From Neoconidiobolus thromboides FSU 785 (Eukaryota > Fungi > Entomophthoromycota), in the NCBI GenBank assembly GCA_025603075.1, contig MU626354.1, positions 1 to 64,000 on the forward strand: a stretch of DNA of 64,000 nt, given 5' to 3'. Position numbers and translations under genes: made by a program. The notes beneath the pieces were generated by a model. The model made no database searches and was not told the DNA's origin. It saw only the letters and a list, made by a program, of their open reading frames with translations. The first letter of the stretch is position 1, and each line of letters opens with the position of its first letter. Positions 12,130 through 24,473 of this stretch are shown piece after piece.

Positions 12130-13638
12130 ATATATAATAAGATTTTATTCTTAACTCTTTAAAAATTGACGTTTTAATAATTTCGTCAACATAGTGATTG
12201 AATCATTAAACTGAAGGTTCAATAAATAGTATTAAATCATTTAGAATTAAAATACAAAGCTTTTTGTAATAAAACATTTTTATAATTTGAGATCTATGTT
12301 TAAACCATAAACTTAATATATACAAGTTTAAAAGCTTAGTTAAAAGTAAAAATAAAATTTCTTAATTTATTTTTATCTATTTCCTATATAGCATGAAATT
12401 TTTAAAAATTATTAAGTAAAGCTGGACAAAAAAAGGTTTAATATAGGTTATTTAAATTAAGCAAAAAAGTTTACATTTAATGCTTAATTTGCATTTTTTT
12501 GCTAAAAATCAAATTAAACAAATTTTAAACCAAGTTTAAACTAACTTATATTTAAAAATAAATGTTAATAACTCAATAAAATATTAATTATTTATAGCTT
12601 ATTTTTGTTATTAATAGTATAGCTTTATATTTTATTATATGGGGTTGTCTGAATTAGTTTCATTATTTTATCCAATTTTTGAAAAATTTTGTGTTTTAAA
12701 AACTTTGCTTAAAATTCTATAAAATCATATCTTTATTAAAATAAAAGTACCCGGACACAGTTCTAAATCATTGTATTATAGTTTATACTGTAAGTTAGTT
12801 GAATTTCTACTAGATCTTAAATACACGTTTTTATAAAACTTTATTGAGAAATATTTATTATTGACCACTTTATAAGCAACATTGCAGATTTGTTATCAAA
12901 TAAATAAACTATTTTAATATTATAATTACATTATTAACATATTCCCAATTTAATAAATAGCTGTATGGGAGGGAGTGGTTAGCCCCAAAACTATAATTAA
13001 CCATCCCTATATAGTGCAAGTAATAATAGTTTTTACATATTATTACAGTTGCTTGTTCTTTGACTATTTATTAACTTAGCTATTAATAACTTAAGTAATA
13101 ATAACATTTAATAAGCTATTTCTATCATTCAACAAACTACTTACTTGCTTAGTAAATATCGAAATTTTTAAATTCTCTGTTATCTTCGTAAGGTAAGCTG
13201 GGATCGATCTTTTAATTTTTCTATTTTCTATAGACTCTATAACTTTAATTGGAACTATATCGCTTTTTTTTGATGTATCAGATACTGGATAACAATGTAG
13301 TTTATTGTTATGTTTAATAAAGTGTAAATACTTCTTAATTCCTTGCATCTCTATTATTCTTTTTATGTTTTTGTTTGTTTGATACTTTTTAAAAATTATA
13401 TCTGTTTTCCTATTATTAACAGTCGAGTTATTAATTTTATTATGCTTGCAAATAAAAGCCTAAAATCTTGAAATTAATTGATTAATGTCTTCTACTTTAC
13501 CTAATGCTTCAGAACTACTTTTCCATTTTGAAAGGTTTCCAATATGTCCATCAACTATACTTTTTCCATGATGCTCAGCAAAAAAATTAAGATTAACATT
13601 CAAACTACTATTTATTTTATAAATTTCTTTAAACATAT

Positions 13639-13735
13639 GGGGCTGTTTTTTTTGGTTTCATTATTTTTCCATTTTTTAAGCACTATTTGAGTGGAAAGGT
13701 TGTAGTAAAATTCTTAAACAAAAAAATACATCCCC
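13639..13735 (-). mobile_element. MITE copy 5, inserted in the transposase
   Basis: GGGGCTGTTTTTTTT...AATACATCCCC, ATAT/ATAT; removal restores CAT TAT ATG TTT AAA. Confidence 0.95.
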
Positions 13736-14480
13736 ATATAATGTAGGAACTCTTGGGATCTAAAATGATTTCCTGTATCTGCCCATATATTAATTTTTGT
13801 AAACTTTTTAAATAAAAGCTCTGTAGAGATTAAACCGATTAAACAATCTCCTGCATATGCTGAATTATGATTCAATATTTCAGATAAATAATCAAAGTAA
13901 ACTTTGCCTATTGTTTTATCATCTTTTAAATATAATACACCAAAGCCTAATACTGATATAGCTTGTTTGTTATAATGGTCTAGATTTATTGAATTTGGTT
14001 TTGTTCCTATTTCCATATTTTGTTTAAAATCTAAAATCATTATACAACTTCTATTATTTAATTTTTTAATAGTCATTAAATGTGTTTTTTTGAGTACCAG
14101 CACAGGATTTATTTAATTTGTATAATTTTTCTTCTTCATTGAAAATTTGATCTGTCTCTGCTTTGTTTTCAAATAACTTTTTTCTAATTGTATACTGAGC
14201 ACATATATTACATATATCTGTTTTTCTTGCTGCATTTTTGAAATTATTTGGTATATATTTAAGAAATGTTGATCTAGCTATCCCCCTATCTTTTGAATCA
14301 TTAAAATATTTACTATATATCATTCTTCTACTTTTATTTAATATATATATTATCTGATGAATATTTACTATTGTTATTTTTTTTATTAAATCTTGATGAA
14401 ATAGTTGAATCATTTAGTAAATATTGTATGATAGTTTCAATTTGGTCATCTTTAATTTTTTTTGTATTTTTAATAATAGG

Positions 14481-14690
14481 NNNNNNNNNNNNNNNNNNNN
14501 NNNNNNNNNNNNNNNNNNNNNNNNNNNNNNNNNNNNNNNNNNNNNNNNNNNNNNNNNNNNNNNNNNNNNNNNNNNNNNNNNNNNNNNNNNNNNNNNNNNN
14601 NNNNNNNNNNNNNNNNNNNNNNNNNNNNNNNNNNNNNNNNNNNNNNNNNNNNNNNNNNNNNNNNNNNNNNNNNNNNNNNNNNNNNNNNNN
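14481..14690. other. Assembly gap (210 N)
   Basis: Run of N inside the transposon; reading frames across it are not interpretable. Confidence 1.
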
Positions 14691-15137
14691 TTTATTATAA
14701 AATTCCATAAACCTTGGGTTGTTATAAGTAGCTTTTAAAATTGATGTAAACGAATTACAATGTTTATATTGTGTACTCCTCCCTACTGTATTAAAATTTT
14801 CAAAAATCCCATTTCGAAGTTTAATTATGAAAGTTTGCATTTTGTTTTTATTTCAACAAAAAATAAAGTCAAATAAGTGTATTTATATAATTATATAATC
14901 ATATAGTTATATATTATATATCTATTAAATATCTAACAGAACTAACATAAAACATATAGTTAGGAAAATTAGCTATTTAAGAAAAGGAAACAATTAAAAT
15001 AAGCTTTAAGTAGAGAGATTCAATTTTAGGCTTTTTAGATTTAACTATCACATTAGGCACAAATTTAAAAATTTAAAAATTTAAAATTTGGATTAACTTC
15101 TAAGTAAATTCTCAAATCAATTCGGACAACCCCATAT

Positions 15138-15237
15138 GGAGATGTTTTTTTTTTGGCTTCATCACTTCATCTTTTAAGTGCTGTTTGGTTTGAATGGAAA
15201 AATTATTAGTAAAATTCTTACACAAAAATACATCCCC
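15138..15237 (-). mobile_element. MITE copy 6, abutting the right TIR of the Sola-like element
   Basis: GGAGATGTTTTTTT...AATACATCCCC; left ATAT (15134-15137) is the transposon's own TSD; right ATAT at 15238-15241. Confidence 0.92.
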
Positions 15238-16175
15238 ATATGTTTTTAAACTATAAACATAGTATACTTTTTTAATAAAATACTATAATTATTTTAATAA
15301 AAATTATATAATATAATATATTAACTAATAAAGTTTTATTAAAAATAATTTTATATTTAAATTATAATAAATAACCAATTTTAACTTTTAAAATCCTAAA
15401 CTTCATAAAGAAAGTAAAGAAACTAGTTAGCTAAAAAATTATTTTTTGTTTTCAATAAGAATACAAAGTTAATAAACTAGTTTTAAAACTTTTGGGTGAA
15501 AATTATAAAAAAATAATAACTTATTTATAAAATTATTCTGTATAAGCTTAGAAAAAATGAAATTAATTAATAATTAGTTTAAAAATAATTTATTAAAACA
15601 TGATTTATAAAAATTTATGTCAAATAACATTTTCTATCATATTAAAAATAAATAGAAAATTTAAACACATTTGATGCATTATTATAATTATTAGATTTTA
15701 AGCTAAATAGTTGCTAAATTTGAATGTAACTTATTAAAGTTAAAAACATTTTTCCACTTATATTTGTTTTTTGGGTTTAAAAAACAAAAAAACTTTTCAA
15801 TTTGGCTTTTTATTTATTTTTGTCTAATACACCAATTGCTAATTATTTTAATAATCAAACCTATGTTTACTATTAACTATAGCAAAAAAACTTTAATTTA
15901 GATAAGTTAAATTTTGTTCCTTTTCAAATCTATGCGATTTTAAAACCAATCAATTCGTTACAATACGAAACTTTGCATTTTTATTGACCAATAATCCATC
16001 AATAATTTATCAAGCCAAACTCATCACTATCTTGTGGAAACATTAAATCAAACTACTAATTTTTAATAGTACCATGTGAAACCCAAAGCTTTAAGCTTCC
16101 AATTTACCAAGGAAGCTAAGTTCTTAAATCACAAATTAATTTGGAATTTTATTTCTTTTACAAATAACGGTAAAA

Positions 16176-17794
16176 ATGAAAAAGGTTACAGAGATTGTCA
16201 AAGAAAGTCAATTCAAAGAAAATAAAAATGAAATCTTGGGCTTCTTGTTATTTATGTTTAGTGCTTATACCACTACAGTGACATTAAATGGTAAGCTTTT
16301 ATTTACTCTATTTAATAAATTTATTGATAATCTATATCCTAAAATTAGTTTATTCTGTATGGAACTTTGATATTTTACATCATTTATTATTGCAGCTATT
16401 ATCTGCTGTATTTTATTTATTTTTTAAATTAAATGGTAATCAGCTGAGGTTAAAAGCACCAGCAAAAGTGGATTTAATCAAAGAAAATCCAGAAGAAGAG
16501 AAGATTCTTAAAGATAATTTAGAAGAGGAAATAGTCCTCACTGATAAACCTAAAGAATCTATAATAAATGGACGTTTGAATAAAGAAAAGGAGGACATTA
16601 AAATAAACAAAGCACCAGTACATAAATATACACCAATGATTGAAGAATTAACTACTGAATTTTTAAATAATGTTAAAACTCCTATAGCTCATCAACCAGA
16701 ATTATGGGAAAATATAGTGAGTTTAACCTACCCAATGGAGCTCACTGTTAGTCGACATAAAAAATTAGCTCATTGCTATACGATGACAACAATATTTGAT
16801 AATACCCCAGCCAATGTATTTGATATCTTTAATTCACCATCTGAAAATGGAAGTTCTTCAGGTTATATTGCAGTCCAAGAAGAAATTGAGATTGTAGATG
16901 CAAATACATCCATTATTTATATTTGTACTAAAAGTATTTGGCCAACTTCAGCAAGGGATTTATGTGTTATTAAAAGTTCTACAGTGTTAAAAGATGGTAG
17001 TATTATTTCTGTTTTAAAAAGTGTCCAACATGAAAGAAGAGGTAAAGGTTATAAAGATAATGTAGTTAGGATGGAGATCTATTGTGCAGGAACAAAATTT
17101 GAAAAATACGGTAAAAATAAATGCAAATTAACTATCTTCTTCCATGGAGATCCAACAGGATGGATTCCTAAATCATTAGTTACTTTTAGTAAGTTTTATT
17201 TTATTATTTTTTATTATGAGAATACTGATGAGTTTTTCTGTTTAAATAGTTGTTTCAAATGTATTACCATCCCAATTTGAAAAAACTAATAAAAAAGTCA
17301 AAGGTTTATCACCAAAGGATAAACCTTCATTAATATTAGATTATAATCAAATTAACAAAGAAGAAGATGAAAAAGAAGCTATTATTGAAACAGAAAATAA
17401 CAAAAGAGGAATTTCAATTATTAATAAAATAGATGATGAAGTTAAATTACCTATAAAACAAGAGAATTCAAATATTCAATCAATAATAAGTAATTCAAAT
17501 AATGGAAGTAATCTAACTACAGAGTCTATAATAGAAGAGAACATAACAGAATCAGTACCATCAGTTAATATAGAAATTCAATCTAAAGAAGTCAATATTA
17601 ATCCAGAATCATCAAACATAAAACTAGATTCATTACCAATTATTACCCCAAGTAAACCAAGTATATGGGAAAGAGTTAAAGCAAGATTTTTTAGTGGTAG
17701 TTTATTGAAAAGATTATTGGGTACTACAACACCTTTGATATTAATTACAGCATTATTTGCTATTTTAGCAAAAAGGAATAGGATTACTTTATGA
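16176..17794 (+). CDS. START/Bet v1-like lipid-transfer protein with N- and C-terminal hydrophobic segments (3 exons)
   Basis: Introns 16291-16348 and 17189-17249 (GTAAG..TAG) join in frame. START-like TKSIWPTSARDLC, VRMEIYCAGT, HGDPTGWIPKSLV. C-terminal LILITALFAILAKR. Confidence 0.8.
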
Positions 17795-18138
17795 TGAGAG
17801 ATTTTATAAAGGAAAATTAAAAGTAATTATTAGATAGGATTAATTTGGAATAAGATATATATTAATTGAAAGTGATGTGATTCTCTTTATAAGTTTTAAT
17901 ATGTAGAGAGAAAGTAATAATTAGATTTGGAAGTGAATAAGTAAATAAAGCTAAGTTTAATTAGTTGATTTTTTTATAATAAAATATAGTTTTAATAGTT
18001 ACTTATTTATTGTTTTATTAATTGATTATAGCTTATCTTTATTCGATCATTTATTTCAAAATGCATTATAAATAAAACTATAAATATTAGTAGTTTCCAT
18101 TATAATAATAATTCTTTTTTAATAGTAGAGATATTCAA

Positions 18139-18788
18139 ATGAATTGGATGGGAGGTAAAGGGTAAATATTTAATTAACTATTCAATAATAATATAAATTC
18201 AAACAACTCAAATAGTTTTAAAAATCGAAATATTAAGGATCGATTAGCTAGTTTAAATGAAAATAAAAAACAAACAAACTATTTGAATTTAAATGAAGAT
18301 GCTATTGATATTCAAATATTAAATAAACCAATTTTAAATTATTTTCAAGAATCTGAAAATAATGATAACAATAAAGATGATAATAATCACAGTACAAATA
18401 TTGAGTTAGAAAATAATAGTCAAATATTAAGTTCTGATCAATTGATTGAAAGTGAACAAGTCAATATTAATGTATTTAATGAGATAGAGAATAGGTAAAT
18501 TATATTAAATAAAATTAGTTATGATTTTAAGTTCAATTTTAATTTTAATTTAAAGGAATTCTACACCAAATAATACTAATAAAACCAATAAAGATTCCAT
18601 AACTGATGAAAAGGTAATTATATTAATTAAAACTAGAACATTAGTATTGCCATTAATAATCAATTAAGATTCAAAATCTTCACTTTGAAAAACAATACAA
18701 TACAATATTTACCACAGTTGATAATATTTCAAACCAGTTAATTCAATTAAAAGCTCAATTAAAACAATTAAAACAAACATTCAATTAA
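18139..18788 (+). CDS. Hypothetical Asn-rich protein with N-terminal MNWMGG and C-terminal coiled coil (4 exons)
   Basis: Introns at ~18162-18215, ~18495-18555, ~18614-18669 give a continuous frame ending QLKAQLKQLKQTFN*. Confidence 0.6.
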
Positions 18789-18931
18789 ATATCAATTTAA
18801 ATGTACTTATTTCATTTCCTTAGCCATAATAAAACTCAAACCAATTAATCACTATAATTTTAATTATTCAAATGTATCATTTTTATATATAAAAAAGATT
18901 GGATTATAAGATGATTATTTAAAAATAGTAA

Positions 18932-21906
18932 TTATAAATATTCCACATAGTTACTTGGAAATTGACCAGTAACTCCATTTAAAGTACCTAAAAATAGTTA
19001 ATAAATAAATTATTATTATTATTATGATATATATAATAAAGTACCTTCACTCCATCCAGAATCATCTTCTGCTTTAGTAAGTGTAATAATATCTCCTACA
19101 CATATATTTAAATCATATTCCGACTGCGCTTCAAAATCATATAATACACGAACTAATCAAAATAAAAAAATTAGAAATAAACTTTTATTTCAATATCAAT
19201 ATCATTAAAATTTACCTTGAATTACTTCTGATGGGGCATTAACATGATCAGGAATATTACTTTGATCTCCTTCTATTTCAATATAAGTTCCTGGTACAAG
19301 TCCTGTATTACCATTTGACATTGCTTTTACCCACCCTGACCCATCATCTCCTTCAGTAATTTCAATCATAGTCCCCGCAGTTATACTTAGTTCATTATCA
19401 TCACTAGCCTCATAAGAATATAATACTTTAGCCATAGGATATATTCCTTGTATATGTGATTGGTTATTTATTTCTCCTACAGAATGTTGACTATCAATTG
19501 ACGAATGGTGAGTAAGAGATATAGGAGTTGATAGAACTGGAGAATGTAAATTTGAGCCTCCAAATTCAGGTGTTTGTGGTTGAATAAATTGATCCGGTAT
19601 AGGTTGACGTAAATTATGAGAAGGTAAATTATCACTTGTTGAATTTTTTAGAAAGGGAGCTGTTTTATCTATGTTATAAATAAATTAATAAAATATTGAT
19701 TGATAGTGAGATAAAATATAAACTAATATTACCTTTTAATGTGTTAAAATCCATTTGCTCTTTTCTTATTGATTTTGCACCTCCTTTAATCTGCGTACAA
19801 TTTGGAGGTACTTTGAATTCACAATTGGCATGACAATTATATTTACAATCTAATTATAATTATAATTATTATTATTATTATTATATAAAGTAATCTACCA
19901 ATTACCTTTACAAGTAGAACCATGTCGATTTAAACCCCAGATACTATTTTCACAATAATCACAAGTAGTTGGTATTGTAAATGAAGTAGTTTTAAAATCA
20001 TGTTTAATACCATTTAAATTATATTGTCCAATACTATTTGATATTAATTGATTTTCAGTTAATGAGGTTAATTCTTGATTTTTTAATATAACTAATTCTC
20101 GCCAAGTTTCAGATAATTTCTATTAAAAATTTAAATTATTAATACAATCAATATATTATTTGATATTAAATATACTATACTATAATATAATATAATATTT
20201 TTAGAATTACCTCATATATTTGTTCCCCATTATTTTCTAAGCTTGGATTAAGATCAAATTGTGAATATTCTAATTTTAATTGTTCAACTTCTTCTTGTTT
20301 TTGTAATATTTGATTTTTCATTTCATTTAATTCCATTTCGTTTTTATTCATTTTATTAAATAAATAAACTTTACTAGAATACTCATCAATCAATTGATTC
20401 TAAATAAATAGTTGTATAAGTATAGAATTATTATATATTATATATTATATATTATTATTAATTTACATCTTCCGCAAATTGTCCAAAACTAGTAAATTGA
20501 AAATCACCTGGTGGAGCCCAATTGGATGGATTATTATTTATAAATGATTTTGATTCTAACTTTTTATCTACTTTATTGACAGACAGTTTTAAATTATCTA
20601 AATTTAATTTAGAATCATTAAAACAGTTGGATTCTAATTGAATGTAATGGAACCAAAAAGATTTTATATGTTCCATCCAATATTCATTTAATGTTTGATA
20701 AAACTAAAAATAATATTAATATATTATTTATATATTATTTATATTTATATTAACTTACATTTAATAATTCTGGTACATCCATAGTATAATGTTTATTTTT
20801 GTGTTGATTAGCTACTTCAACTGCTAATATATATAAATTCTAAAACGAAAATATTATGGTTATCTTTAATTTAATAAATAAATAAATAAATTAAACTTAC
20901 TTTGTTATTATTTCTATCAATAACATCTTGATAATATTGTTTTTGTAACTAATTAAATTAACAAAAATGAATATTAATATTATTAACATTATTTAATTAA
21001 CCTTATCTAATACTTTAGTTTCCATTGTTCTTTCTTGCTTAATTTGACTAGTTATTACTTCATTACAACTTTCATCATATTTTGATTTCAACTAAATCAA
21101 ATTAAAATGGAAAAATTATTTCTCAATTAGTATAATTATATATTATAATTTAACTTACTTTATCTTTTTCATTATAAATTTTATCTCTTTCATCTGTGAT
21201 TTTTTTACTAAAATTAAACAACTAATAAAAAAGAAAGTATAGATATTAATTAATATTGATTTTTATCCCTGTTATATAAAAAACAATAATAAACAATAAT
21301 AAAAACTTACTTTTTTCCTTTCTTCTTCCACTTTATTAGCTAACATTTTCAATGGATCCGCAATATCAGTAACTAAATATTCTGACAAAACTGCCCTTTC
21401 TCCTGCTATTTTTTCAGTATCCGAAAATAAATTATTTAACCCTTGTAATAAAGTACTATAATAATAATAATAATTGAAACATTATTATATTTCATTATTA
21501 TATTTCATTATTATTATTATTTAATATTACCTATTTTCATCTAACATTATACCACCTTCATTTCCCTTCACACTACTAATAGTACCACTTAGACTTATTG
21601 CATCAAAGGAGCCTCCACCTCCACCATGACTTGGTGCAAATGGATCTCGATTGATATTAGATAAATTGAATATCTTTTTATTTCGATATTTCTTAATTAA
21701 ATTTTCTAATTTGTTAGAATACTCTTTTTCTAGTTGACTTTTTTCTTTAATGTATTCTCGAAATTCTAATAAAAATTGAGAAGCTTGAACTAATTGTTTG
21801 TTTACTAGAGGGAGTTGACTTTTCTATATAAAGGAGCTTAGGGTATAAGTATGATAAATAGAAGAAATATAGAACTTACTGTCAAATGTTCACCATAAGT
21901 AGTCAT
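18932..21906 (-). CDS. BZZ1: F-BAR + C1 + two SH3 domains, Bzz1-like, multi-exon
   Basis: Start MTTYGEHLT; helical F-BAR exons; C1 HDFKTTSFTIPTTCDYCENSIWG; SH3 KVLYSYEA..GDDGSGWV..GLVPGTYI; second SH3 ending GQFPSNYVEYL*. Internal exon limits not fully resolved. Confidence 0.88.
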
Positions 21907-22348
21907 TTTTTGAATGTTGTTTTATAATAATTGATAATAAAGCTTGGAATTTATTTTAATTTAATTTATTTTAATGTTGGTTTTATTTTAAAACAAGTTT
22001 TAGAATGTTTGATTGGTTTATTGATTAGTTTGATGACTTAATTTTAGATTAAGTTTAATAAAAATAACAGTAATAAAAATGATTTAATTATTGTTAATAA
22101 TGATAGTAATAATATAAGTTAAAAATATCAATACATAGGAAATGTGTTATTTCTATTTATCAGTAATAAGCTATTGAATTTTCATTAATAATTAAAGTTC
22201 AATATAAAGTATAAGTTTCACTTATAATAAATAAGGGATTGATTTTGATAAATACTCCGTCAATTTAATAAATAAAAAGACTAATTACAAATTTTATCCG
22301 AATTTTCATTTGCTTTATCTTTCATTTCATTTTTAAATCATAAAATAA

Positions 22349-22639
22349 ATGTCAATAGAATTACAAGAAATAGTCATTAATACAAATGAACAGTCTTCTA
22401 ATACAATACTTGATACAACAACAACAGATTCAAGTTTAAATCCTAATACATTACCCACTTACCATGAGTCTTTATCTTCTAATAATAATTTAAATACCAT
22501 ATCATTGAGAGATACAGCTCCGATTATAATAATTCATCAATTAAATCATACTGATATTTCATTAAATAGTAATATTTTATTCATAATATTAATAATAATA
22601 TTAACATTAATAATCCCTATTAACTATATTTATTATTAG
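22349..22639 (+). CDS. Hypothetical small protein with C-terminal hydrophobic helix, 96 aa
   Basis: ATG ORF; LPTY motif; terminal ILFIILIIILTLIIPI. May be part of the next gene. Confidence 0.4.
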   Translation: MSIELQEIVINTNEQSSNTILDTTTTDSSLNPNTLPTYHESLSSNNNLNTISLRDTAPIIIIHQLNHTDISLNSNILFIILIIILTLIIPINYIYY

Positions 22640-22755
22640 CATCTCAATCTAATCAAAATGAAAAGTAATTTTTTAATCTATTTTATTAATTTTATTATTT
22701 ATTGCTAACCCTCTATTTAAGTTCTATTACCAGTCCCTCTTATCCACCAACAGCA

Positions 22756-23031
22756 ATGGCCACCAATCCCTCATCTTCACCTTCCCTCTCCTCAGATCCC
22801 TATATCACTGAAATTGTATATGAAATTGAACCTGCTCCAGCAAGTGAAACACTTTGCTCAATACCAGCAATGTTATTTTTATTAGGTTGTGTCTTCCCAC
22901 CTTTTTGGTTAATAGGAACGGGATTCTTAGTTAAATCCGAACCTGAGTCTTTAACTAGAGCTTATGCCATTATTTGTTTATTTTTAAGTTTTATATTTTT
23001 AAGTTTTTTTATTACTGTATTGGTTAAGTAA
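22756..23031 (+). CDS. Hypothetical small two-helix membrane protein, 91 aa
   Basis: First ATG of ORF 22702-23031; LFLLGCVFPPFWLIG and AIICLFLSFIFLSFFITVLV; higher GC than flanks. Confidence 0.6.
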   Translation: MATNPSSSPSLSSDPYITEIVYEIEPAPASETLCSIPAMLFLLGCVFPPFWLIGTGFLVKSEPESLTRAYAIICLFLSFIFLSFFITVLVK

Positions 23032-23887
23032 GTGAATGAAATTTAATTGATATTGTTTTTAATAAATAAAATACTAACGATTTTTCTTACTATATTCTTA
23101 CTATAGTGCCCTTCTAAATCCCGAAAAGGTAAGTAGATAAAATTATTTTGGAGTTATGATTATTTGATTATGATTATTAACTATTTGTTTAGTCTGCTGT
23201 ATTTTTAAAAGATTTAGTTACTTGGCAATAAGGGGGGTAATCGAAATATTGGAAATAATATCAAAGTAAAGAGAAAGACAAGATTATTAGTACTTTATGA
23301 AATTTGAAGGTAAATCAAATCAAACATTTGAGTTTTTATTTCTTATTAATTTGTTTGTTTGTTTATTACTTAGTAAGTGATGTCTCTATAAGATTTAATT
23401 CTCTGGTAGTAAATATAAGAGTTAAATAATAGAAGTATATCGGATAAGAATTGAGTTCTTGCAATTGAATTGTAAATAATCATTAAATAAAGAAAAAGTA
23501 CATAATTTAAAATGAACATCATTATTATTATTATATAAAGTTAAGTATAATTAGGTTTCATAAAAATCAATTACATTTACTTTTAACTTTTTGGAAATTA
23601 AATGAAACAAAAAAGTGTACTGTAAAATTAATATTACCTTAATTATCAAATTCTCAGATCCCATTAAAGAATAATTAAAAAAAGCGAAATGTGCCTAATT
23701 TCGTTTTTGTTGATTTTATAAAAAAATAGCCTTTTTATTGAATATATATATAATTTATAAGAAAAAAGGTAGTATCATGAAAAACGATGCGAAGATAAAA
23801 TTGAATATTGTAACTATTACCGTTTGACTAGTTCAATAACATAAGATTCTAAAAGTTCGACCAACATAGTACTATTATCTACCCTAT

Positions 23888-24473
23888 TTAAGCTACCTGT
23901 GTATTGACTCTTTTCTTTTTATAATCATTGATAGCGGACTTAATAGCGTCTTCAGCAAGCACTAAAAAAAATTCTATTAATACCTTTTTCTATTTAATTC
24001 AAATTCAAATTCACTTACTGGAACAATGCAATTTAACAGGAGGCAATGACAATTCCTTGGCAATATGTGTATTTTTAATAGCAGAAGCTTCATCCAAAGT
24101 CATACCTTGAACCATTTCGGTCATAAAACTAGAAGATGCAATAGCTGAGCCACAACCAAATGTTTTAAATTTAGCTTCAATGATTTTACCACTGGATTCA
24201 TCTACTCGGATTTGAAGTTTCATAACATCACCACAGGCGGGTGCTCCAACTAAACCAGTCCCAACATCAATATCATTTTTGTTTAAAGAACCAACATTTC
24301 GTGGACGTTCGTAATGGTCAATAACCTAGATAAGAGATAATAGGTAAAATGAAGCGATTATTCAATGTATATAAATTATAAGTTACCTTTTCATGATAAA
24401 ACCTTTGGGTTAAGATTTTAGATGTAAATTTTGGTTTTAATAAATGAGCTTGGGATTTTAATAAAGTAAACAT
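23888..24473 (-). CDS. ISU1: Mitochondrial Fe-S cluster scaffold IscU/Isu1 (3 exons)
   Basis: Presequence-like start, then YHEK|VIDHYERPRNVGSL, GAPACGDVMKLQI, KTFGCGSAIASSS, LPPVKLHCS, AEDAIKSA. Confidence 0.96.

Larger units (their letters stand above)
13091..14840 (-). pseudogene. DDD transposase (Sola-like), disrupted
   Basis: Motifs in order: STFLKYIP..KTDICNIC, ILDFKQN, IWADTGNHF, FFAEHHGKSIVDGHIG, MQGIKKYLHF. Two apparent frameshifts, one in-frame TAG, a MITE insertion and an assembly gap. Confidence 0.85.
12641..15133 (-). mobile_element. Decayed Sola-superfamily-like DNA transposon with both termini
   Basis: Left TIR GGGGTTGTCTGAATTAGTTT (12641); right end AAATCAATTCGGACAACCCC (ends 15133), 17/20 inverted match. 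ATAT at 12637-12640 and 15134-15137. Encloses a DDD transposase relic. Confidence 0.85.

Noticed and set aside
14371-14738. ORFs containing X runs
   Set aside because: Artefacts of translating through the 210-N gap.
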